Position numbers and translations under genes: made by a program. The notes under the pieces were generated by a model that made no database searches, was not told the origin of the DNA, and saw nothing but the letters and a program-made list of their open reading frames with translations. A stretch of DNA of 64,000 nucleotides from Nitrososphaerota archaeon (GTDB lineage: Archaea > Thermoproteota > Nitrososphaeria > PSMU01), in the NCBI GenBank assembly GCA_040290255.1, contig PSMU01000002.1:294303-358302 (forward strand), in the 5' to 3' direction. Within the stretch, counting starts at the first letter, position 1; the number at the start of each line of letters is the position of its first letter. This document shows, one piece after another, positions 29,480-39,066 of the stretch.

Positions 29480-30811
29480 GTGGCCGAAGGGGGCCTCGAA
29501 AGCTCGTCGTCCAGGCTCGAGCACATCGCTCCGCCCACGCTGCCCTTAAGCGCGAGCGAGATTAGGGAACTGGCCTCGCAGTACGGCACGCCGTTCTACC
29601 TCTTCTCCGAAGCGATGATAGAGGAGAGGCTCAGCAGGCTGGCCAGGAGCTTCGCGGCCTTCAGGGGCACGGTGGAGGTAGCCTACTCCATGAAGGCCAA
29701 CTTCAACCCTCATATCCTGAGGGCCTGCGAAAGGGCAGGAGCGCTCTTCGATGTCGCGACCGCGGATGAGCTGGCCTTCCTCGAGAAGAGCGGCGTAAGC
29801 CCCGGCAGGGCCATCTTCACGAGCGTGGATGAGTCGGAGGAGGCCCAGCTGGTCGCCCTTACGAAGGGCGTCAGGCTCATCTCAGTCAGCTCCTACAACG
29901 GCCTCCTCAGGCTCGCCAGCACGGCGGAGAGGCTGGGCAGGAGCGCGCCGCTGCTGGTGCGCATCAACCCTGAAGTGCTCGTCAAGGCGGAGGTGCCCGC
30001 CAGCGCTCGGCGGGGCAAGTTCGGCGTGCCGCTCAACGGCAACTGCAGGGACAGCGCGCTTTACATAATAAGGTCCTTGAACTCTTTCCCCAGCCTCGAG
30101 TTCAAGGGCTTCCACTTCCACTTAGGCTCCCAGATTACGAACCCCTTCGCCTTCATAAGGGCGCTGGACCGGCTCGAGGCCTTCGCCCTTAAGCTCAGGA
30201 GGGAAAGGCCGGACTTCAGCCTTGAGGTGCTGGACATAGGAGGCGGCACGCCCGTCTGCTACGGCTCGCCCGTGCCCGAGCCGGAGGAGTTCGCGAGGCC
30301 CATCGTCGAGAGGCTCAACCAGTTCTCCGAGAGGTTAGGGCGCGAGTTCAGGCTCATCGTGGAGAGCGGCAGGTATATCGTCGCCGAGGCGGGCTCGCTG
30401 GTGAGCAGGGTCGTGAACGTGAAGGACTACGGCGAGGATGTATTCATAATCACCGACGCGGGCTACCACCTGCTGCTCGATGCGGCGCTGCTCGACCAGC
30501 CCTATCCTCAGCTGATCATGCCCGAAGGGGAGGGAGGGCTGGAGCTGGGGGGCAAGAGGGTGCATACGGTGGGGCTTCTCTGCGACTCCGACGACGTGGT
30601 GCCCATCGCTCCGAACTCCAGGCTTGAACGTGTTAAGCCGGGCGACCTGCTCATCTTCGCCAACGCGGGAGCTTACTCCGTCGTCTTCAACATGCCCTTT
30701 CACTGCGCGCGCAAGCCTCCCATCCTGATGCTCCGGAGGGATGGGCGGGTGATCCTCGCCAGGAGAAGGGAGAGCCTAGAGGAGCTGTACGCGGAAGAGG
30801 GGGGGCTGTAG
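29480..30811 (+). CDS. lysA: Diaminopimelate decarboxylase-like fold-III PLP decarboxylase
   Basis: YSMKAN, RINP, KFG, HFHLGSQ, DIGGG, ESGRY, CDSDD and GAY motifs. Confidence 0.8.
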   Translation: MAEGGLESSSSRLEHIAPPTLPLSASEIRELASQYGTPFYLFSEAMIEERLSRLARSFAAFRGTVEVAYSMKANFNPHILRACERAGALFDVATADELAFLEKSGVSPGRAIFTSVDESEEAQLVALTKGVRLISVSSYNGLLRLASTAERLGRSAPLLVRINPEVLVKAEVPASARRGKFGVPLNGNCRDSALYIIRSLNSFPSLEFKGFHFHLGSQITNPFAFIRALDRLEAFALKLRRERPDFSLEVLDIGGGTPVCYGSPVPEPEEFARPIVERLNQFSERLGREFRLIVESGRYIVAEAGSLVSRVVNVKDYGEDVFIITDAGYHLLLDAALLDQPYPQLIMPEGEGGLELGGKRVHTVGLLCDSDDVVPIAPNSRLERVKPGDLLIFANAGAYSVVFNMPFHCARKPPILMLRRDGRVILARRRESLEELYAEEGGL

Positions 30812-30846
30812 ACTAATTCTTTTAAGGGCCACGCCCAGCCCTCAGC

Positions 30847-32181
30847 GTGAGCGCTCGAAGGGCCATCATCTTGGGCGCGGCGGGAAGGGACTTCCATAAC
30901 TTTAACGTCTACTTCAGGGAAAGGGAGGATATAGAGGTCGTCGCGTTTACGGCCACGCAGATCCCCTTCATCGCGGACAGGGTCTACCCGCCCGAGCTGG
31001 CGGGGCCCAGGTACCCCCGGGGCATACCGATCTATGATGAGGAACTGCTGCCCAGGCTCATAGAGGAGCTGCGCGTGACCGACGTGTACTTCTCCTATAG
31101 CGACGTGAGCCATGAGCACGTCATGCACTTAGCATCGCTGGCGCTGGCCAAGGGCTGTTCCTTCCACATCCTCGGCCCCGAGGATACGTACGTCACCTCT
31201 GCGAAGCCCGTCATTGCGGTGACGGCCAGCAGGACGGGGGCAGGAAAGAGCACGGTATCGAGAAGGCTGAGCCTGACGCTCAGGGCCTGGGGCCGCAGGC
31301 CCGTCATCGTGAGGCATCCCATGCCCTATGGGGCCCTGAGAGCGGAGCCGCAGCTGTACAGGAGCGAGCAGGACCTCGCGGCGGCGGGCCTCACGATCGA
31401 GGAGCTGGAGGAGTTCGAAGGCCACGTCGCCAACGGATTCCCCGTGCTCGCCGGCGTGGACTACTCGCTCGTCCTAAGGCGGGCCGAGCAGGAGGGGGAC
31501 CTTATCATCTGGGATGGGGGGAACAACGACCTGCCCTTCGTAAGGCCCAACCTGCACATCACGGTCGTGGACCCCACGCGGCCTGGGCACGAGCTGAAGT
31601 ACCACCCCGGCGAGGCGAACGTCAGGATGGCGGACCTGATCGTCATAAATAAGGTAAATGTGGCTAGGCAGGAGGATATAGTTAGGGTAGAGGCGAACGT
31701 CAGGAAGCTGAACCCACAGGCCCTCGTGGTAAGGCTGCGTTCGGAGGTGAGGCTCAGGGGAGAGGTGGAGCTGCGCGGGAGAAGGGTCCTGGCCATCGAG
31801 GATGGGCCGACCGTGACGCACGGCGAGCTGCCCGAGGGCGTGGCGGCCCAAGCGGCCAGGCAGGCGGGCGCGCAGCTCGTGGACCCCAGGCCCTATGCGT
31901 TGGGCAGCATAAAGGAGGCCTACATAAGGTATCCCTTTATGGGCCCCGTCCTGCCGGCCCTGGGCTACAGCCGGCGTCAGCTAAGGGAGCTGGAGCAGGT
32001 CATAGAGCGCGTGGACTGCGACGTGGTGGTGCTCGGCACACCCGCCAACCTCGCCAGGCTCATCAACATCGCCAAGCCCATCGCCAGGGTTACCTATGAG
32101 GCAGTGGACGCCGGCGCGCTGGGCTTCGAGGAGGCCTTGCTGCAGGCGGCCGCCAAAAAGGGCTTAGCGCTTAGGCCCTAG
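30847..32181 (+). CDS. COG2403 P-loop NTPase (cyclic 2,3-DPG synthetase / arginine synthetase ArcE-like)
   Basis: GAAGRDFHNFN, FTATQIP, RTGAGKS, RHPMPYG, WDGGNND, EDGPT.THG and PALGY motifs. Confidence 0.85.
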   Translation: MSARRAIILGAAGRDFHNFNVYFREREDIEVVAFTATQIPFIADRVYPPELAGPRYPRGIPIYDEELLPRLIEELRVTDVYFSYSDVSHEHVMHLASLALAKGCSFHILGPEDTYVTSAKPVIAVTASRTGAGKSTVSRRLSLTLRAWGRRPVIVRHPMPYGALRAEPQLYRSEQDLAAAGLTIEELEEFEGHVANGFPVLAGVDYSLVLRRAEQEGDLIIWDGGNNDLPFVRPNLHITVVDPTRPGHELKYHPGEANVRMADLIVINKVNVARQEDIVRVEANVRKLNPQALVVRLRSEVRLRGEVELRGRRVLAIEDGPTVTHGELPEGVAAQAARQAGAQLVDPRPYALGSIKEAYIRYPFMGPVLPALGYSRRQLRELEQVIERVDCDVVVLGTPANLARLINIAKPIARVTYEAVDAGALGFEEALLQAAAKKGLALRP

Positions 32182-33411
32182 GCCCAACAGCTCCAGCGCC
32201 CTGGGCAGCAGCTGCCACCCCTCCATCTCTCCCAGGCTTCCATAGGCCGCCTGCCTCTCCGAGAGATGCTGAAGGCCGTCAGAACTCGTCTCCCCCTCCC
32301 TATACAGCGCGGCGGGAACGGGGTCGGCGCTATGGGCCTTGAGGACGCAGGGCGTGCTGTGGTCTGAAGTGATCAGCATGCTGCCTGAGCCCCCTCTTTC
32401 CGAGAGCGTGCCGAAGAAGCGCGCATCGATCTCCTCGATTGACCGGAGCTTGCCCGCGGCATCCCCCCGATGCCCGAACTCGTCGGGGCCCTTCACGTGC
32501 ACATAGACCACGTCATGCCGCTCGTTAAGCGCCAGCGCCCTGAGGGCCTTTTCCTCCAGGGCCTCCTCCGGGACCGGAACGAGCTCCATGCCCAGGAGCT
32601 TGGCTATTCCCTTCTCGACGGGCATGCTGGCCACGCACGCGAAGGAGAGGCCGAACTTCTGATTCACGGTCCTGAAGGAGCGAGGCAACGTGCCCGCATC
32701 CCTGAGCAAGAGGGCGTTGACGGGCAGCTTGCCCTGGCCCCTCCTCCTCTCGTTTACCGGGCTATCGCTCAGGGCCCTCATCGCCTGCACGTAGAGGCGG
32801 TTTACCAACTGCGCGCTCAGCTCGGCTTCTGGCTCCAGCGCGCGGCACGGCTCGACCTGGGCCTGCGCCTCGGCCAGGGCTAGGCTCATCTCCCCCTGCC
32901 TGCTGTAGGCGGGGTCCATGTTGGTTATCCTTCCCGAAAGCTCGGCGGGCCCCCATATCAGCACGACCCCCCTATGGCCCACGGTGTGGACGACTCGCGC
33001 CCTGAAGGGGGCCAGGTCGAGCGCTCTCTCAACCTCCTCGGCCAGGGCCCTTCCGTCCTCTTCGCCCAGGTCCTTGCCCGCCCTTCTATCGAGGATCCTA
33101 GCCCCCACTACGCAGGCAAAGTTGGCCCTTAGGGCCAGCATGCCCGGCTCAAGGCTTAGGCCCGCCCCCAGGGCCTCGAGCACCCCCCTTGCTACGCCCT
33201 CCTCGGGCAGCCTGTAGCCCAGCAACGAAAGCGCCCCCGCGTCCGACTCCGGCGCGACGCCGCGCCTGACAGGATGCACCAGGCCCACGCGCGCCGAGCG
33301 CACCAGCGCATCCAGATGGGGCGTGCGGGCCGCCTCCAGGGGCGTGAGGCCGCCAAGCTCCTTGATGGGCCTATCGCCCAGCCCATCCAACACCACGAAA
33401 AGCATCCTCAT
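32164..33411 (-). CDS. apgM: 2,3-BPG-independent phosphoglycerate mutase, archaeal type
   Basis: LDGLGD, TPLEAARTP, PESD, DRRAG, KGPDEFGH, SDHSTP and HSADPVP motifs. Confidence 0.9.
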   Translation of the reverse strand: MRMLFVVLDGLGDRPIKELGGLTPLEAARTPHLDALVRSARVGLVHPVRRGVAPESDAGALSLLGYRLPEEGVARGVLEALGAGLSLEPGMLALRANFACVVGARILDRRAGKDLGEEDGRALAEEVERALDLAPFRARVVHTVGHRGVVLIWGPAELSGRITNMDPAYSRQGEMSLALAEAQAQVEPCRALEPEAELSAQLVNRLYVQAMRALSDSPVNERRRGQGKLPVNALLLRDAGTLPRSFRTVNQKFGLSFACVASMPVEKGIAKLLGMELVPVPEEALEEKALRALALNERHDVVYVHVKGPDEFGHRGDAAGKLRSIEEIDARFFGTLSERGGSGSMLITSDHSTPCVLKAHSADPVPAALYREGETSSDGLQHLSERQAAYGSLGEMEGWQLLPRALELLGLGPKR

Positions 33412-33462
33412 GAAGGGCTGGTGCTGAAAGGTTAAAATCCCTTTCTCCGACGGCGCCCCGCC

Positions 33463-34479
33463 TTGGCCTTCACCCTTAGGAGGGATTATTATTCGGAGAG
33501 GTTCGTCTTCACGCGCGAAGCCGCGGAGGCGAGGGCCCGGGAGGGGTGCTCCATCTGCACCGGCGACCCCTCCTTCGGCAGGAGCCTGCTGGCCCTAAAG
33601 GAGAGGGAGGGGGCGCTCGTCAAGGAAGAGGAATCGGATGAGTGGGAGGTCAAGGTAGTGGAGCCCGCGGAGCCGCTGGCATCGCCCGAGGGTGATGGGC
33701 AACAGCCCTCCCTGGGGCTGCTAGTGGCTAGCAGGCCCAGGGGCCTGCACAGGGTGGCCGTGCTGGCCAGGCAGCATGGCATGGGGCTTAGCCAGCTCGG
33801 CCGGAGGGCCTGGCTCTTGGGCCTCACGGCCCTACAGGACCAGCTGAGGTCGCTCTATGCCCAGAGGGGGATCGCGTACGTGGCCCTCTTCGCCGATGAC
33901 CCCGAAGTCATCTACCAGCCACCGGACAGGGAAGAGCCCCTTCATGCCCTGGCGCACCTCCTGGGCCTGAGCTTCGTGCCCAAGGCGATTAGGGAGGAGG
34001 TGGAGGCCCAGAACACGTACTACGAGGATAAGGGCGAGTGCGCGCTCTGCGCGGTGCTTAAGCAGGAGGGAAGGGGGCCGCGCCACCTCTTTGCGACGGG
34101 CGCCTTCGTGGCCCTCGCGCCATGGGCAAGCGCCAGGCCCTACGCGATCAAGCTGGTGCCCAAGGCTCACTCCAACAGCTATTCCCGGCTCACGCAGAGG
34201 GAGCTGGATGACCTTGCGCTCGCATTGGAGGTCATCTTTAGGGCGCTGCAGGAAGTCCTGCCGAAGCAGCCCTATCACTTGGTGTTCAACGACTATCCCA
34301 GCAAGAGGAGCACCATGGACATGCACTTCTCAATAGAGATCTACTCGGACCCGCAGAGGAGGAGCGCCCTAGAGGAGGGCTGGGGCCTCGCCTTTAACAG
34401 GGTTAGGCCGGAGGCGGCGGCGCGGGCCCTGGCCCCCGCCTGCCGCAGGCTCCTCGCCGAGAGGCTGGGCGCCGACTAG
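33463..34479 (+). CDS. Galactose-1-phosphate uridylyltransferase-like protein, catalytic HxH apparently lost
   Basis: LRRDY, CSIC, CALC, APWAS.RPY and ALEEGWG...N.V.PE.AA match GalT; HALAH sits where HPH(S)Q is expected. Confidence 0.7.
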   Translation: MAFTLRRDYYSERFVFTREAAEARAREGCSICTGDPSFGRSLLALKEREGALVKEEESDEWEVKVVEPAEPLASPEGDGQQPSLGLLVASRPRGLHRVAVLARQHGMGLSQLGRRAWLLGLTALQDQLRSLYAQRGIAYVALFADDPEVIYQPPDREEPLHALAHLLGLSFVPKAIREEVEAQNTYYEDKGECALCAVLKQEGRGPRHLFATGAFVALAPWASARPYAIKLVPKAHSNSYSRLTQRELDDLALALEVIFRALQEVLPKQPYHLVFNDYPSKRSTMDMHFSIEIYSDPQRRSALEEGWGLAFNRVRPEAAARALAPACRRLLAERLGAD

Positions 34480-35483
34480 AGCTCCAACAGCGCCTTATAC
34501 CTTTCAATGTTAGGCACGGGCGTGGGATCCACGCCCTTCAGCACGGCAAGATAGACGGTGGCCAGCTCCAGCTCGTAGAGGGCGCCCGCTTCACCCACCA
34601 GGCCCTGGCCCACCTGTAGGCGATGAAGCCTCAGGCCCTTCTCGCGGTAGAAGGCCTCCAGGGCAGCCCGCACGCCTTGCCTCAGGGGCGTGCGCCCCCG
34701 CTCGAGCAGGACAGGGCGGGGTCCCGGCAACCTTTCGAGGCCGCAGATGTAGTTGTGCATAGCCTCCGGAATCGGGAAGAGCAGGGAGGGCTCCTTTGCA
34801 TTTTCGGCCAGGCTCTTGGCGAACCTTTGGGCCACGGGCCCCAGCTCTTCATAATAATGGCAGACGGCGACCCCGCCGAAGATGTGCTGGGCCAGCCGGG
34901 CCGAAGGGCCGCGCACGCCCTTGCGCAGCGCGTTCCTTTGCCTGGCCTCCCTCCAGCGGGCGGCAATGCGCGGCACAAGGCCCTCGAGCCTATCGCCCGT
35001 GCAGAGGCCAAGGAGCGTAAAGCAGCCCCTCAGCAGATAGGGGAAGGAGGCCCTCGGCGAGTGGCGAAAGGGGATCAGGAGGCACGGCGCCCCCTGCTGG
35101 CGGCAGAGCTTCATCAGCCGCCCGCCCGAGCAGATGGCCGCCACGCGCGCCTGCCTTCTTGCGGCCGCCCTAAGCAGGTAGAGGGCCTCCTTTGTCTCGC
35201 CGCTGGCGCTCACGACCGCTAACAGGCAGCCCTTGTCAAGCCCCCTCAGCGCGACCTCATCGCTGTACACGCCCACCCTTCCGCTTCGCAGATGGCGCGC
35301 CAGGAGCTCGCAGGCGACCCTAGAACCGCCGAAGCCAACAAACCGGATCTCCTCACAGGAGCCGAGATCGCCCTGCAAGCTCACCTGAGCCCGCTCCAGC
35401 ATCTCCGGCCATGACAGAAGGGCTTCGTAAAGGCCCGCCTTATCCACCCGCCCCAGGGCCTCGGGCGTGAGCTCAGCCGGCAC
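34476..35483 (-). CDS. Bifunctional phosphoglucose/phosphomannose isomerase (SIS family)
   Basis: GFGGS, SASGETKE, SGGRL, PRAS, AENAK, PEAMHN and GVDPTPVPNI..YK motifs. Confidence 0.85.
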   Translation of the reverse strand: MPAELTPEALGRVDKAGLYEALLSWPEMLERAQVSLQGDLGSCEEIRFVGFGGSRVACELLARHLRSGRVGVYSDEVALRGLDKGCLLAVVSASGETKEALYLLRAAARRQARVAAICSGGRLMKLCRQQGAPCLLIPFRHSPRASFPYLLRGCFTLLGLCTGDRLEGLVPRIAARWREARQRNALRKGVRGPSARLAQHIFGGVAVCHYYEELGPVAQRFAKSLAENAKEPSLLFPIPEAMHNYICGLERLPGPRPVLLERGRTPLRQGVRAALEAFYREKGLRLHRLQVGQGLVGEAGALYELELATVYLAVLKGVDPTPVPNIERYKALLEL

Positions 35484-36069
35484 CCCTTCTCACCTCAATG
35501 CCGAGCCCCTCCGCCGCCCGTATAAGAGCCCTTTCGCCGAGGCCCGCGTGGCCAGGCGAAAGCACGATCGTCTGCCCCAGCCTGTCGATCACGGCCCGGG
35601 CTGAATCGGAATGGCAGACGGCCAAGGAGGGCTTAAGGTCACAGATGAGCCTTCGGAGGCCCTGGGAGGCGCTGCCCTCGCAGAGGCTTCCGCGCGGAGG
35701 GAGGGGGCTCAGCAAAATGCTGAGCGCGCGGCCCGAAAGGAGGCCCGCGAGCCAGGCCCTCAGCCTGGCGTAGGCCGCCGTCTCCAAGGCGTTAAGCATC
35801 AGTCGATCGAGGCCGGCCACGACATAGTCCTCCTGCGCCAGCGGCTCATCAACGACGCAGACCATGCTATCGGGCCGTTTTCCGCGCTGGGCGCCGGCTA
35901 GGCCCAGTATCGCCCTGGGGCTATAGGCGCTGAGCAGCGCTCCCAGCTGGGCGGCATCGGGCAGCTCCTGCTCGGGCAGGAGGACGTAGTCCGCCGCCTC
36001 CCGCTCACGCAGGAGCCAAGAGGGCATGGGGGCGCCCGCCAGGCCGGAAAGGGCGACAAAGGCGACCAT
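35473..36069 (-). CDS. Degenerate calcineurin-like metallophosphoesterase-fold protein
   Basis: The C-terminal pattern ILLS-PLPPRG / S.GLRRLI...KP.LAVC / G.T.VLSPG mirrors Icc-type phosphoesterases but lacks the His/Asp ligands. ATG at 36069. Confidence 0.55.
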   Translation of the reverse strand: MVAFVALSGLAGAPMPSWLLREREAADYVLLPEQELPDAAQLGALLSAYSPRAILGLAGAQRGKRPDSMVCVVDEPLAQEDYVVAGLDRLMLNALETAAYARLRAWLAGLLSGRALSILLSPLPPRGSLCEGSASQGLRRLICDLKPSLAVCHSDSARAVIDRLGQTIVLSPGHAGLGERALIRAAEGLGIEVRRGAG

Positions 36070-36073
36070 AGGG

Positions 36074-37312
36074 CTACGCTTGCAGGAGGGGGCTCCTCTC
36101 CCTCTCCTCCTTCGTGAGGTAGAAGACCTCCTCAAGTACCTTCTGCTCCGCCCTGGAGAGCGCCAGCGAGCGCCGCGCCATCATCCTCCTCCTGATCTCC
36201 AGCGCCTTATCCAGATCCAAAGGGGCGGCCCTGCCGTTCATGTAGAGCGTGAAGGAGGGGACGTCGACGTTGACCAGGCCCGCGACATGCGATGCAACCC
36301 CGATCCTTATGCCCGAGTAGATGAGCGTACCAATGCTTATCTTAGCGTCATCGCCTATAAAGGCCCCCACCTTTTGCCTGCCGGTATCCACTTTAGAAGG
36401 GCCCTCCACCACGCGCACCGTGCCGTATGTGTTCTTCAGGTCGGAAAACTGGGCCCCACTGCCTATATTCACCCACTCGCCTATCACGCTGTGGCCCAGG
36501 AACCCCTCGTGGGCCTTGTTGCTATAGCCAGCTATGAGCGACTCCTCCACCTCACCCCCTAGCCTGACGACGGGCCCTATCCAGCTGCCCTCCCTCACCT
36601 TCGCGCCATGAACCCTTACGCCCTCGGCCAGGTAGCAGGGGCCCTGCACGACGCTGAAGGGCTCGAGCCGCGCGCCTCGCGCTATGTACACCGGCCCTCC
36701 GCTTGTGTCTATATGGCAGGCGGAGGCCACCTCGGCCCCCTCGTCCACATACAGGCGGCTGACGTCCCCCAGCGCATAAAGGCCCGCGCCCAGCTTCCCA
36801 GGGCCCGCGCTAAAGCGACGCAGGAAGCTCGCGCGGCTTTCGTCGTGCAGCTCCCACAGGTGCTCGATGAGGGGAGTGCCAGAGGCCCGCAGGGGCTCGA
36901 GGCCCAGGGCCCTGAGCTTGGATGCGGCGGCCTCGAGGGCCCCTCCTTTCTCGCTCAGCCTGCTCAGGTGGCCGGAGTTGAGCCTTGCCGCCACGGCATC
37001 TTCGCCATGAAGCAGAAAGGACCCGGGCCTCAGCCGGGCGAGCAGCTGGCCCGCCACCGAGGGCCTCAGCCGGCCGTTGACCAACAGCACCTCGCCCTCC
37101 TCGGGGCGCTCCACGAAGCGGGGGCCCCCCTTCTCCAGGGCCAGCTCCCTGAGGTAGTCCCTTACTATTCCGCAGGCCACATCGGGCTTGAGCTCGTCGA
37201 GGAGCCAGTCCGCTATGCGGCGACCGGCAAGGGGAAGATAGAAGACGGGCCTAGTATGCGCCAGGGGCAGGAACCTTGAGAACTTCTCGTCCTCGAAGAG
37301 CGCCACCTGCAT
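36074..37312 (-). CDS. GlmU-like protein (nucleotidyltransferase-like N-domain + left-handed beta-helix)
   Basis: F.PL..TRPV, GGEVEES, NK.HEGFLGHS.IGEWVN.G and SDLKNTYG motifs plus hexapeptide repeats. Confidence 0.85.
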   Translation of the reverse strand: MQVALFEDEKFSRFLPLAHTRPVFYLPLAGRRIADWLLDELKPDVACGIVRDYLRELALEKGGPRFVERPEEGEVLLVNGRLRPSVAGQLLARLRPGSFLLHGEDAVAARLNSGHLSRLSEKGGALEAAASKLRALGLEPLRASGTPLIEHLWELHDESRASFLRRFSAGPGKLGAGLYALGDVSRLYVDEGAEVASACHIDTSGGPVYIARGARLEPFSVVQGPCYLAEGVRVHGAKVREGSWIGPVVRLGGEVEESLIAGYSNKAHEGFLGHSVIGEWVNIGSGAQFSDLKNTYGTVRVVEGPSKVDTGRQKVGAFIGDDAKISIGTLIYSGIRIGVASHVAGLVNVDVPSFTLYMNGRAAPLDLDKALEIRRRMMARRSLALSRAEQKVLEEVFYLTKEERERSPLLQA

Positions 37313-37313
37313 G

Positions 37314-38015
37314 CTAGCCCAGCTCCCCCAGCTTCTCTAGGTAAGCCGCGTAGGCCCTCCTGTAGCCCTCTTTGCTCCCCAGGTCGTAATACTCCGCCTG
37401 ATAGATATCGACGAAGGCCCTCTCTCCCGCCTGCAGCAGGGCGGCGAAGGCCTTATCCATACCGACGACCTCCCCGGCGGGGACATAGCTCAGGAACTTG
37501 GGCTCGAAGATAAAGCAGCCCGTGTTGATGATGCCGCTGACCTCGGGCTTCTCGCGCCAGGCCACCAGCCTGCCCCTCCTTACCTCAAGGAAGCCATAGG
37601 GCAGCCGGGTGGTGTAGTTGGTGCCTATTATGGTGGCGATGGCCCTCCTTCGTATATGCCTCTGCTCTGCGGCCTTGACCGGGAACTTGAAGAGCACATC
37701 TCCATAGCAGCACAGAAAGGTGCCATCCAGATGGGGCTCGGCCGTCTTCAGCTGCCCCGCCGTGCCGAGCGGCCTCTCGCTCTTCACGTAGGTGAGCTTC
37801 AGGCCCCACTCGCTCCCATCCCTGAAGTAGGCCTCTATCATATGCCTCAGGTAGCTGACGCAGAGTATGACCTCCTCTATGCCGTTCTCCCTGAGCCAGA
37901 GCAGGATGTGCTCCAGCAGGGGCCTGTCCGCCAGCGGGAGGAGAGGTTTGGGCAGGAAGTATGTGTAGGGCCTCATGCGGGTTCCGAGCCCGCCGGCCAG
38001 GATGACGGCCTTCAC
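37314..38015 (-). CDS. Sugar-phosphate nucleotidyltransferase
   Basis: ILAGGLGTRMRP.T..LPKPL, PLGTAG, GD and EKP motifs. Confidence 0.92.
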   Translation of the reverse strand: MKAVILAGGLGTRMRPYTYFLPKPLLPLADRPLLEHILLWLRENGIEEVILCVSYLRHMIEAYFRDGSEWGLKLTYVKSERPLGTAGQLKTAEPHLDGTFLCCYGDVLFKFPVKAAEQRHIRRRAIATIIGTNYTTRLPYGFLEVRRGRLVAWREKPEVSGIINTGCFIFEPKFLSYVPAGEVVGMDKAFAALLQAGERAFVDIYQAEYYDLGSKEGYRRAYAAYLEKLGELG

Positions 38016-38024
38016 GTTCGCGCG

Positions 38025-38885
38025 CTACAGGGCACGGAATAAAACGCTATCTAGGGCCATGAGGCCCAGGCTCAGCAGCAGGTAGGTATTGGTGAACCTG
38101 AAGAGGGGCAGCGCCCGGTCTCCCTTGCCCCTTAGAAAGGGAAGGGAGAGAGCCAGCAGCGCGGCGTTCAGCGGCAGCAGGCCGGCGTAGTAGGCGCTGC
38201 CCAGGCCCGCCACGGCGCCCAGCATGGAGGCTGAGAAGAGCGCCAAGGACGCGAGGCCCACCGCGCGGGGCGCGGCCTCGGCAGCTAGGACCGCCGGCAG
38301 CATGGGGATTCCGCCCCTCCTGTAATCGTCCCTATAGTGCAGTGAGAGGCTCCAGATATGGGCGGGCGTCCATATCACGATTAGCAGATATGCGAACAGC
38401 ACGGCCGGAGGAACAGAGCCCGCCGAGGAGCTGCCCACCAGCAGGGGCATACCACCCGCGAAGCTGCCCACCACGATGTTCAGGGGGGTCCTCCTCTTGA
38501 GGAGCGCCGTGTAAACGAGCACGTAAATCACGGTTCCGGAGAGCATGAAGAGGAAGGGAAGAGGGCCGAGCGCCACGAGCAAAAGGCCGTGGGCGGCAAG
38601 GCTGAGCATGAGCCCATAGCCGAGCGCAAAGCGAGCTGAGAGGCGGCCCGCGGGCACGGGCCTATGCTTGGTCCTCGCCATCAGCGCATCCACATCCCTG
38701 TCCGTGTAGGCGGACATGGCCTCGGCGCCCGCCACGCCCAGGAAGCTCCCTAAGAGGGCTATCAGCAGCCCGCCAAAGCTCACCTGAGGGCCGGAGGCCA
38801 TAAGAAAGCCGACCAGGGCGGAATACGTGAGCGCGAGGGAGATGCCCGGCTTCATGAGCTGAAGCAGATCCCGGGCGGCGGGCAA
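38025..38885 (-). CDS. ctaB: Protoheme IX farnesyltransferase (heme O synthase)
   Basis: LMKP, DRDVDALMARTKHRP.PAG, YT..LKRRT..NIVVG, WTPAH and DY...GIPMLP motifs. Confidence 0.9.
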   Translation of the reverse strand: MPAARDLLQLMKPGISLALTYSALVGFLMASGPQVSFGGLLIALLGSFLGVAGAEAMSAYTDRDVDALMARTKHRPVPAGRLSARFALGYGLMLSLAAHGLLLVALGPLPFLFMLSGTVIYVLVYTALLKRRTPLNIVVGSFAGGMPLLVGSSSAGSVPPAVLFAYLLIVIWTPAHIWSLSLHYRDDYRRGGIPMLPAVLAAEAAPRAVGLASLALFSASMLGAVAGLGSAYYAGLLPLNAALLALSLPFLRGKGDRALPLFRFTNTYLLLSLGLMALDSVLFRAL

Positions 38886-38973
38886 GGCGCCCCGGTCGAC
38901 CCCTCCGCCCTATTAGCCCTTCCCTTCACCGAAAAATATATCTAAGAGCCTAAAGCCCCGCTGCCGAGCCGTT

Positions 38974-39066
38974 TTGGTCAAGTTCGAAGAGGAAGAAGAG
39001 GAAGAGTTCGGCGAATGGGAGGAAGAGGAGGACTACGAGGAGGAGTTCGAGGAAGAGGAAGAGTAG
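38974..39066 (+). CDS. 30-aa hyperacidic microprotein MVKFEEEEEEEFGEWEEEEDYEEEFEEEEE
   Basis: TTG...TAG ORF below the track cutoff, with mixed GAA/GAG codons in one frame. GAAAAATATATC (BRE/TATA-like) lies upstream and a T-run downstream. Confidence 0.6.
   Translation: MVKFEEEEEEEFGEWEEEEDYEEEFEEEEE

Noticed and set aside
38986-39063. GAR-rich tract as a microsatellite or CRISPR-like repeat
   Set aside because: There is no fixed repeat unit or spacer structure; it is better explained as an acidic ORF.
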